From positions 10,354,001 to 10,418,000 of the forward strand of contig NC_091476.1 of the NCBI RefSeq assembly GCF_036971445.1: 64,000 bases of DNA, read 5' to 3'. Positions 53,969 through 64,000 of this stretch are shown here, piece by piece (positions within the stretch are counted from its first letter, which is position 1; each line of letters begins with the position of its first letter). The translations under genes were made by a program, and so were the position numbers. The notes below the pieces were generated by a model that saw nothing but the letters and a program-made list of their open reading frames with translations, searched no databases and was not told the origin of the DNA. This DNA comes from Narcine bancroftii. Lineage: Eukaryota.

Positions 53969-54765
53969 CAGGTGCCTAATCCTTTCTCCGGGATTCCAAA
54001 CACTGGCAACCTCCAAAAAATGGGTACTTTTTTTCAGTAGATGACATTACACATAAGTAACATTAATTTCCCATAATAAATTCTCCTTGGGTGTCCTCTC
54101 AGCTTCGGTAGAAAGGTGGCTCTTTGCTCCAGTACCTGGTGAGAGAAAAGCAGGTGCCATTTGGCTCAGTGCAGAAGCAATGGCCGTCCTTGCCCATAAT
54201 TCCCTATGCAACTGGAACCACACTGGCGCTGGCAGAGGGGTTCCAGCTAAGTGGGGAATTATGGGTATTGAAGACAGCAATTGCTCTCACATTGAGTCAG
54301 CATGGCGCTCCGTAAAGTCTGGGCTCAGCAGCATTGCACCCCTGCTGCTGTATCGGGAGTTAAATGGCGGGGAGGGGGTGCCTGAGGGCCAGCCCGCCAG
54401 CACTCAGCTCCACTACACCAATGGCCCTCTCCTCCTGCAGCTGTGCACCTCATGTCCGGCCTTCTGCCCCACTTGGCAGCCAACGATGGCTACATTTTTG
54501 GCTGAGCTCCTGGGCCACCCTGTCACCTCTGAATCCACCTGACCAACACACTGGTTGAGAGTCTCCTATATGGTGCTTCCCCACACCCCCCCCCCCCCCC
54601 ACCACCTCTGCTATCCTAGGGCGCAAAATAGACTGGGAGGGTGCAATGGAGGCGGGGGAGCAAGACATTTGCTTAAATGGATCAAAATGATTCCAAACTC
54701 CAGAAGATTCTGAACAATGACAGGTGTCCAGTCCCAACGATCCCAGATAAAAGGTTAGGCACCTG
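53969..54765. mobile_element. Tc1/mariner (Tigger/pogo-like) MITE
   Basis: TA flanks; TIRs CAGGTGCCTAA(T)CCTTT ... AAAGGTTAGGCACCTG. Confidence 0.8.
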
Positions 54766-55797
54766 TACTGGTAATGCTACAATGGAAGTATTTACCTGCC
54801 ATTGAGTGTAATTGTCCGAGTATATCCCAAATATAAAAACCTGGAGAAGTTCAATTTGGCCACAATGATTAATCCATGAGCCTACAAAGTAATGGTAGTT
54901 TTTGTTGGCAATTTCATCTTAGTTTGGCTTGATCAACAATTACCTGCTCACGAGTTTCAGTTTAGGTCTTGCTGTGACCGCTGGTTTGGGTCTGAGCTTT
55001 GATGAGGAATTTCAATTCTATAAGTGTAGTGAGAATGAATGTTTTTGTTATGAAGAGTTGTTGGGGCATATAGTCACCAATGAGGAGAAGCTTAATTAAA
55101 AGAACCATCCTACAAGAGGAAGTGAGAGGTTGGGATATCCTGTGGCATTTGATTTTCTCTGGTATAATCAAAGGCTTTCCACTATATAACCTAGGAATGT
55201 GATGTGAAAATATTTCCTTTTTAACTGCACAGCAATATTCATAGCAATATCCTTTGCATATGTAGAAAAATAATGCTGGCAAGAGGAGATGGTTCAATTC
55301 AAACATTGCCAAGGTTACATTATACCTGGAATTTTTTTGAAAGGGAGCGCATAGTTCCTGCTTGCTTGGTGAAAACCTTCCAGATCATGTTGCAGAAACT
55401 ATAGTGCAGCTTGAGCACCAAAGAAAATGTTTCACATTTAAAACAGAAAAATAAACTTAAATGAAAGGCCAAATTGGTGGATCTGGTGATCAAGACTAAA
55501 ACAGCAAAAACTTGAGAGGGCAGTGGTTCAAGAAAGAGATCACTAGGCCCACATCTTTCATCATTCCAAAGATAAACACCCCAGCTCTGCCAAGCTTGCT
55601 TCAAATGACACGTTCTCCAGTCCGGACAACGTCCTGGTAAATCTTCTCTGAAATGGTTGTTGCTTTTGGCTCTTCTGCTACATTACAGTAGCATTGAACT
55701 AAATACTCTTTTGGTTCTGTACTATGTTAAGCTGTTACCAGTTTGTCCTCTGTTTTAAGCTCAAAGGTACATAATATATTTGTTTCTGCTTCAATAG

Positions 55798-55871
55798 TTA
55801 AAGTGGGGAAGTCATCTTTATGCAAAACTGATACTGCAAGTGAAGATATTGAAAAAGCAGAGAAAGATACG
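55798..55871 (+). CDS. ZMYM3: Candidate small ZMYM3 exon (phase 1 to 0)
   Basis: Acceptor TTCTGCTTCAATAG; encodes VKVGKSSLCKTDTASEDIEKAEKDT; donor ACG/GTATTT; keeps the frame. Confidence 0.5.
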
Positions 55872-55971
55872 GTATTTACTTCTGTACTTAAACTTATTGG
55901 GAAGTTAAAAACCATTCTTATTAACATCATGAATGGTAATAATTCAGAAGAGATTCTGATGTATTTTTTAG

Positions 55972-56038
55972 GAAAATCAGGAAAAACTCCAAAAGTCCTT
56001 GAAAATGGAAAATTATTCATCCAATAAGAAAGCAAATG
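55972..56038 (+). CDS. ZMYM3: Candidate small ZMYM3 exon (phase 0 to 1)
   Basis: Acceptor TTTTTTAG; encodes ENQEKLQKSLKMENYSSNKKAN; strong donor G/GTAAGT; frame-compatible with 58702. Confidence 0.6.
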
Positions 56039-56319
56039 GTAAGTTTTTAATGCATATGTAAAAGGTACTAGCCATATTATAAAAAGAAAGATATTTAGAG
56101 ACTAACAAGCTGCAACTTAAAGAAATTTGAAGAGGCTCTTCAATTAGAGGATAATGGCAATGATCAGGACGTAAGAATGAATCTCAGAACTTGGTCAAAA
56201 TGATTCCTGGAGTAGCATATTTGATAAGCTGGTTGTGCAAGTTTGCAAAATGATGTATTGTTCATAAAATTTGTTCACAAGATGATAATTAACTCAAAAA
56301 TTTAATTTCTGAAGTTAAA

Positions 56320-56530
56320 TTTTAGACATACAGCACAGTAACAGGAGAGCCTGTGCCACCCAAATACACCCAGTTAACCTACAACCCTCAGGAAGCTTTG
56401 AACGGAGACTTCCCCACCCCAGAAAACCCATGCAAACACAGGGAGAAAATACAAACTCCTTACAACGCAGGATTCAAACCCTAGTCCCGATCACTGAAGC
56501 TGTAACAGTGTTGCGCCAACCGTGCTGCCC
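56320..56530 (-). mobile_element. V-SINE-like tRNA-derived SINE
   Basis: Reverse complement resembles the SINE at 24200-24358. Confidence 0.6.
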
Positions 56531-56799
56531 TGAAGCTAATAAATTAAGTTCCAAGAGTTGGCTTGGAAAGACTTGAAGAAATTTGCATTGGAGAGAAGTC
56601 ATTCTGTAGATTAGTTAACTTGTGAGACAAAAGAAACCTGTGGCAAAAACATTTCATAATTTTATTCTTGAAAAGATGACAGTATGATAATAAAATGGAA
56701 GGGCAGCCATTGATTTTTGGGCCAATAACCCAAATGACAAAATCAGGTTCTGCTTTGGCTAGCTATTCTGCAATAGGTTGCAGAAGGTTTATTTGAGTC

Positions 56800-57330
56800 A
56801 CCAAAATGCTGAAGGAACTCAGCTGGTCTTTTCAGCATCTAGAGCAGACAAATATGTATTGCTGACACGTTTCGGGCCTGAGCCCTTCTTCGAGGAACAA
56901 TTAGAAAAGACAGAAGCAGGAGATCTCAGAAAGTCTCAAAATTCAAACAATGGAGAAGGTTTCCAGACCAACAAAAGGTGTTAATTGGATGCTACAAGAG
57001 ACAAGGTAGAATTTATCATGTCTGTACAAAAGGGAATGGCGAGATGACAGATAAAGAAGGGGCTGGGGAGGGTATTAATGAAAGTCGGAGAAGTCGATAT
57101 TAATGCCATCCAATTGGATGGTGCCCATTCTGAAGATGAGGTGCTCTTCCTTCAATTTACAAGTGTTCTCACTCTGGCTGTACAGGAGACCATAGACATA
57201 TAAGCAAGGGAATGGGATGGAGAATTGAGATGGATGGCCACTTGGAGATCCATGCTATTGTGGACAGTGTTGAGAGGTGCTTAACAAGATGTGTCCAGTG
57301 TCTCTGATGTAAAGGAGATGATGTAAGGGA
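56800..57330 (-). mobile_element. Penelope-like element 3' remnant (GIY-YIG C-terminus and terminal repeat)
   Basis: Reverse-strand remnant resembling KLKEEHLIFRMGTIQLDGINIDFSDF, plus a terminal motif AAGGGCTCAGGCCCGAAACG. Confidence 0.65.
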
Positions 57331-58701
57331 CAACCAGGAGGATTGAGTGAACAGTACTGTATGGTAGAAGTTTTTTTAGGGTCTTATTTGAAGATGACTG
57401 GTGTATGAGAAAACAAACCAGATGCAAGATTATAAATCTAAAATAATGAGAGTAATTTTTGTTTTTTTTGATTCAAAAATAGAAAATATAATTTTTAAAG
57501 TATTTTCTGTGCTTTTCCTAAGTAAATTTTCAATTTGAAAATCTGTTGTGATTTTAATGTTTTTGAGAGTATCTTCTGTAAATATAGTTGTTTTGAGATA
57601 AACAGTTAAATTATATAAATTTGCAGGTCTTTCTCACTCAACCAACTAGTCCTGAAAGCAGACCCCACAATTCATAAAGGATGTAATGAAATAATAGTTA
57701 AGAATATATTTGAAATCCTCTATGATGTATTGATAGGATAAAGTGAGCAGTTGCCTGGCCTGACATCAGTTCAGAATTTCACAGAACAATACTTGGATTT
57801 CTGCTGTTCTTGTTGGGCCCATTATTTAACTGTACCAATTGTAGTGAGAGGAGTGCAGGTGTGATTTCTTCTTCTCTCCCACCGCCACCCCAAAAATGTT
57901 TTTTTTAAATTGATCTGTATATTTTTTAAATTTACATTAGTGCTCTAGTTTAAAACTGGTTGAATTCAGTACTTTCAAGTCAAGCAGCGCATTTTAGATC
58001 GTAGATTTGCAATAAGGCTTTTCAAGCCACAAATTCCTGGTGCTCTTCTTGCCACTTAAATTTCCAGTTAACTTGCAAAGTCTCTGTGGGAATAATGGAA
58101 AAAGAGAGGATGTCTTGTATTTATCTTCTCAATTAGTTTTGAAGGGCACTATTAGTGTGATTTAGAAAATGGTATAGATACATTGAAAGGACTCTAGATT
58201 CTAATCACATGAGAGAGAAGGGTATGGTGACCTTGAATAAAGTGAAATGTACTGGGCAAGGTTTGCTGAATGCAAAGGTTTTAGCATCCAGTAATTGGAC
58301 TGAGAATATTGTTGCAGGCTCAATATTCTTGCATATTTCCCCATGTTTGACCTTAATCAATTAGGGAAGGAGTCATTTGTATCTCCTCTAGGCAGTGTTC
58401 ATTAACTTTTTTTATCAACATAAAATTACTTTCTGCATTAATTTATTCTGGGGTCTCAAATGTATTTTAGGTGTTTTGTGCTGTGGTTGATCTGTTTGAA
58501 AATTAAATTGTTCAGAGGCTAATTGGAGAGATGCTTACAAGCAGTAGACTGAAGAAGCTCAGATGTTCAGAATGGACTTGAATCTGGATTGTTTGAAGAA
58601 ATGGTAGTGTTTTAAAATGATGTGTTGCTTGAAAAAGCATTAAAAAAGTGTTTACGCTGTAGTATTCTATTTGTGTTGCTTTCTTTTGTTTTTCTTTCCA
58701 G

Positions 58702-59020
58702 CCAAGGATAATTCCACCATGACAAACAACATTAAGCAGGAGGATGATTATGTTTCACGGCGGCCAAGACGCACCACAAGATTATCTCTACAAGCAGCTC
58801 AGGCCCAAGCCCAAGCCGAAGTTCAAGCTCCAACTCCTCGGCCTCAAAGGTCTTCACGGTCCCTGGTGAAAGTAACGTGTGCTAACTGCAAAAAGCCACT
58901 GCAAAAGGGGCAAACTGCATACCAGAGAAAAGGAGCACCTCAACTCTTTTGCTCTTCTTCCTGTCTCACAACCTATTCTCAGAAACCATCATCGCTCAAG
59001 ATTTGCACTTTCTGCAACAA
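58702..59020 (+). CDS. ZMYM3: ZMYM exon encoding the first MYM/TRASH zinc finger
   Basis: Encodes CANCKKPLQKGQTAYQRKGAPQLFCSSSCLTTYSQKPSSLKICTFCN. PQLFCSSSCLTT, CTFC and the RPRR..R.SL motif resemble ZMYM3. Acceptor TTCTTTCCAG, donor AA/GTGAGT. The gene continues beyond the window. Confidence 0.88.
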
Positions 59021-60906
59021 GTGAGTAATAAATTAGTTTGTGCGCAGTTTTGATTCAAGCTAAAGTCGCCATCGTGACACTTACACAAGAGATCTATTTG
59101 CAATACAGTCTGTGTGTGCCTTCACTTATTGAAATAAAGATATGGAGAGAGAAATCCTAATTGCTTGCAGCTTGTTTAGGTCTTTCAACTGAAAGTTGCC
59201 AACATCCCATAGCCTGTGTGAGCTATGAGCCTCTCACTGGTCCACTGCCATGGTCACCATCGTGTAGGGTCATCTCCAATGCCTATACTTCTCAAGGTGG
59301 GGGGGGGGGGGGTGTGGGGTGTTTCTGGTGCTTGTGCTGGTCCACTGCTCCCTTGGAGTTGCAACTCCTTGAGGCCACTGCCAGCACTGGCACTGTGCTC
59401 ATAGGATTTTAAATAAATACACCTGTCAAGTCCTTTAACAAGCCACTTAAAGCCTATATGGAGCCGTTGGCCTCAGGACTGGGAGGTTGCACCCTGCAGA
59501 GGAGTGCTCTGTCTTCTCCCCAGGTTCATGACAGCACTGACATTTCAGCATCTCTGGCAGCGTCACAGTTTTTGTTTTTTTTTTTGCATAATTTCGCTTC
59601 TCATAATCCAGGGATTCTAGAGTTTAGTGATTTAGCACATGGAATTTGATTTTTAAATGAATTTCTTGTGATTAATACTACCCCTCCACTATCAGACTCC
59701 TCAGCCACAAACTCAGGGATGTATTACTTTTTTTTTAACTCTCTCTATAGTGCAATCAGTTTGTATACATTTCTTTATTGAGTACAGGTTTTTTTTGCAC
59801 TACCAATAAGTGGCAATTCTGTCTGGGCCACAGGAAAAAAGAATCTTAAGGTTATATGTGATGTCATGTATGTACTCTTGACAATAAATAAATGTGACAA
59901 AGAATACTAAAATTCTAACAGACACATCTGAAAGTGAAAAGACTTGATTGGAATTGCTTTGTAAATATTTTGCACACAAGTTTTGGGGGGGGGGTAAAAA
60001 ATTGGGGAAAAAGTAGTTTGTGTAAAGGAGAATGCCATCATGTGGTTTCTTCAATAAAAAGAGAACTACATGTAAAGGTTTTCTTATTCTAATGAAGCAT
60101 GGCAGAAGTGGTCAGATTTTTTGTGACAAAATAATTGTAATTTTTGGAAAGTCCTAATGAATGCTGGGGATTTGTATTTAACTTTTAAGTGTTCTGCATG
60201 TTTAAATTTCAAGTTGGGAATAAAGAATTGCCTGAATTAGGCCAATAGATATTGGTTTGGGAAATAATAAGATAGACATGTTTACATGATGGATAAAATG
60301 AATGACCTGAATGCAGAAACCCAGTGAATGCTGCATAGTTCATAGATGATAAACTACGACTGGGTGGCCACAGCAGAATTGGCTGCTACTGGTCCACTAC
60401 ATGACATTTCAGAATATAATAATCTTAAATTGTATTAACTAGGTGTAGACTAAAAAAGATTTTTTAAGTATTATTATTTCTACCCTGACTGTATCCTTCA
60501 TTGGATAGCAAATACTGTGGCCATGTTGATAGGAATCAATTTGGAAACTCTACTATGATAAATTTTTTAAGTGCTTTAAATAGGATGAAGCTTTCAGTTT
60601 AAGTGGGAGCAACTCCAATTCTGCGGTCACTACTGAAATGAGTATTGAGATTGATCCCATGTATTGGAATTCAGAATTATCAGGACTTTGCAGCTGTATA
60701 TTTCCAATGTTAACTTTATCCACCTTTCACGACTGTTCATATCGGGGAGGCCAAACCTTTCTGGTTGAAAAAGAAAAATACAAAGAGTCACGGGCCAAAC
60801 AAGATTAAGCCCAGCAGTTTTCAATTCATAACACTGCAAGAAAAATGGTGTATTTAGACCATAAACTCCTGTACTATTGAAAATTCATTTTCTATCAAAT
60901 TAACTA

Positions 60907-61278
60907 CAGCACAACTCTGATTATCCGATATCGGATTCTCAGAAATCCTCATTTATCCGAAAAAAATTTCAGAGCAGAAGTGACTGGGGACCTTGGGCCC
61001 CCGGCGCCGGCAGCAGTAGACCTCGGGCTCCCAGCACAAGCAGGGCTGTGGTGGGGAAGTGTCGGTGATCGACAGTGGCCAACATTTTTTTTGGTGAGAA
61101 TTAAACTTTATTTTAATGCTTAAAAAGCCATACCTTGTTGTAATAATGTTTATACAACTATAAACAAGTGATTTGTTGTTGTTACTGGGCTGTTTTTAAA
61201 AAATGACCAGTTCTCCAAAAAAAAGTTTATCCGAAATGGGCCCAGTCCTGACCATTTCCAATAATCGGAGTTGGACTG
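60907..61278. mobile_element. Tc1/mariner (Tigger/pogo-like) MITE
   Basis: TA flanks; TIRs CAGCACAACTCTGATTAT ... ATAATCGGAGTTGGACTG. Confidence 0.78.
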
Positions 61279-62233
61279 TATATGACAGTAATGAACTGTT
61301 GACATTACAGTAGTTTATTGATCTACTCACATATTATAGTAGGCTACTCTGCTCTTTCATTTAAATGAATACAATAAAACTTTAAAATTTATTCAAAAAG
61401 CAGAGGAAAAATAAGAACAGGAGAAAAGATCAAGAAAGGGACAAGGTCATCTCAACATTCCTCCACAACTCTCAGTGAATACAGTTCATGGTCCAAGTGT
61501 CCACCTTAATGATTATGATACAATGTGTAAATCTGTAGATAGATTATTAAAGTTAACAGATACAATTCAAATCAGGCAAGCACACTTCCCCTTGACTTGG
61601 ATCAGAGTATTCATTTATCCATCAAGTCTGAAATTTTTGGTATCCCTTGCTATTTGCTGTCTTTTTGGTTCCACCATGTTTAATAAACTGAACTAAACTT
61701 TTTTCAACTGAGATTGACATTTTCATCAATGAATAACTTTGCAACTATCGGTCTCGTGTTCAAAATGACTGCGACATCTATGACGTACAATGTACATAGT
61801 GCAATTTATTGTTAGAGACTATGTGGGCCATGTTCCACTTTATTTTTACCCTGGACCATTTTAAAAATGGATAATGGGCCATAGTTGTCCCAGGGACTGC
61901 AGTCTGGCCACCCTTGCTTTATATCTTAGTTTGAAATTAACCCATTTATATTAGTGGAGTAATTTTATTCTTGTACCTTTTGATGTCAAAAAATATTTTA
62001 CATTTTATTAACTGTTGTGAAGGTTTTACAAGCCTTTCTGTTCATTTAACTAGACAATAAACTTCACCATAAAGCTGCAACCTCTTTTTTTGTTTTCCTC
62101 TGTTGTGAAAATATCAGGAATGTTGGTGTCTTTCCAAAGTATATGAAGGCTTTGTGATTGTTTCTAGTTTTGAGTCTGCAATTTTATTCTGAATACTGTG
62201 AATATTCTTGTCCCTCCACTCCATCATGTTCCA

Positions 62234-63910
62234 CCTGGAGAACAACACTGGCTATGCCAGGCTGCTGTTCATTGACTTCAGCTCGATGTTTAATACAGTC
62301 ATACCCCAGAGGCTCGTGGAGAAGTTGTCCTTACTGGGACTCAACAACCCTCTCTAACTGAATTCTCAACTTCCTAATGGAAAGACCACAGATTATCTGG
62401 GTTGGCAGTAGAATGTTGAGTATTGGTGCACCTCAGAGCTGTGTGCTCAGCCCATTCCTGCTCACACACTGCAACGCCAGATCCAACTCCAACAGAGTCA
62501 TCAAGTTTGCAGACGACATGACAGTAGTTGGCTCAATCAGCAACAACAACAAGTTGCACTACAGAGAAGAGTTGGAAAATCTCATGAAATAGTGTGAGAA
62601 TAACAACCAAGTTTCAACGTGGACAAAGTGGAGATGATTGGACTTCAGGAGCACCAGGGTCGACTACCCTCACTACACATTAATAGCTCAGTCGTGGAGA
62701 GCATAGAGAACACCAAGTTTTTTTTTGGAAGTTATGAACCATGGACTATCATTACAAAGGATGGATTTCTGCAAAGAATTCTGTGCTTATGGTATAGCTG
62801 AGTGCTGACCCATCAGTTGCTTGGAACTTTCGAGAACAAAGGGAGAATCCAGCTATGAAGCAGAGAGCTGCAGTTGGAGTGGCAGAGGGCAGCTGGAGAG
62901 CTATGTGAAATGCACATCCCTCATAAGTGAGGATTTGTAAGTTTACTGCAACGCAATATCAGTTATTTCTCTCTCCAACGTTCAATACAACATCCTTTAT
63001 TATCTGTTAAAGAACTGAACTGGGACATTGAACTTTGAATTTGAATTCTGTGGACTGTTTTTATTGGACTGACTTACTTAACTGACTGACCTGGGGTTTT
63101 TTCTTTTTTTGAATATTGGATGCAGAATAATGGTCTGGGTTTTTCACATACGCACGGTTTCAAAGTGTATGATGTCTGTATATTTGCCATAGATACTTAT
63201 AGTGGGGTTAATTGTGTTAAGACATATTGTTAATAGTCATTAATAAATATAGAATTAAAATGTAATCCTTTTGAATTGTATCTTCTGTTGTTGCTGGTTT
63301 GAGATGTAACAGTCCACTCAAGAAGTGACCTATCCTAACATTTTTCTTGTCAATAAGACACAACAATGACTGCACTTCTTGAGAAGACTAAGATGAGCGA
63401 GGCTACCAGCCACCATCCTGGCAAATTTTCTATGGGAGCTCTATCAAGAGTGTCCTGACCAGCTGTATCACAGTTGCCCAAGATCATCAGATCAGAAAAC
63501 AATCCATAGGACTACAAGAGCAGCAGAGAGTATCGCTGGTGTCTCCCTCACCCTTACCGATGGGATTTTACAGGATTGTTGTCTGAAGAGGGCTCACAAA
63601 ATCAGTGACGACCCCTCCCACCCTTGCACAGCATCTGTCAGCTACTCTTGTTGTGAAAGAGATCCAGGAGTATCAGAGCCGGAACTACCAAGCTAAGAAG
63701 CAGCTGCTTCCCAAGGGCGGTGAGACTGCTGAATGACTTAGAAACTGCTCATATAAATCTTCCATAACTCAACTAACAAAAATGTTTGTTTATTTCAATA
63801 TAGTATAAAAGTACTGTGCATGTGTCATTTGACTCTGTGTGTTTCACAGAGGACCAGAGAATGCTATTTTGTCATATTGTATATGTACAATTGGATGATA
63901 AATAAACTTG
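62234..63910 (+). mobile_element. Rex/Babar-like LINE fragment with a nested LTR-like insert (about 62731-63311)
   Basis: RT remnants GAPQSCVLSP and KFADD. LINE sequence resumes after a roughly 580-bp block bounded by GTTATG...GTAACA that contains AATAAA. Confidence 0.7.
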
Positions 63911-64000
63911 ACAATTATCTGTGGTGTTCATCTTTATATTTTCTGCTGTTTTCTAACTCTTGCTGGGGTTTTTTTTGTAGCTTTCTTTCCCTTTGTAATA

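Noticed and set aside
62118-62157. Candidate next ZMYM exon after the AG at about 62117
   Set aside because: It hits an in-frame stop and has no MYM cysteines. The next exon probably begins beyond the window, which ends in a pyrimidine tract.

Overview
Vertebrate genomic DNA, probably a cartilaginous fish such as a ray or skate (inferred only from the repeat mix: V-SINE/HE1-like, CR1, Rex/Babar, RTE, Penelope). It contains a complete three-exon COX7B gene (minus strand, 79 aa) head-to-head with an intron-containing tRNA-Leu(CAA), and an inverted degenerate copy of that tRNA about 1 kb away. The 5' part of a ZMYM-family gene (best match ZMYM3, plus strand) runs from a CpG-island promoter at about 28.3 kb off the end of the window. 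The rest is mostly nested transposable elements. Highlights: (1) an ORF1-only L1 with intact ORF1, poly(A) and a 14-bp TSD; (2) a second L1 with a roughly reciprocal deletion; (3) a very young full-length RPL38 retrocopy inserted in frame into an RTE LINE; (4) a 68-unit 19-bp minisatellite with a TTAGGG-containing left end that changes in strict single-base steps; (5) a duplication-inversion giving 245-bp inverted arms in a ZMYM intron. I found no convincing new multi-gene system; the best candidate is the non-autonomous L1-derivative family. All protein and repeat-family calls come from recognition of motifs, not from database searches.
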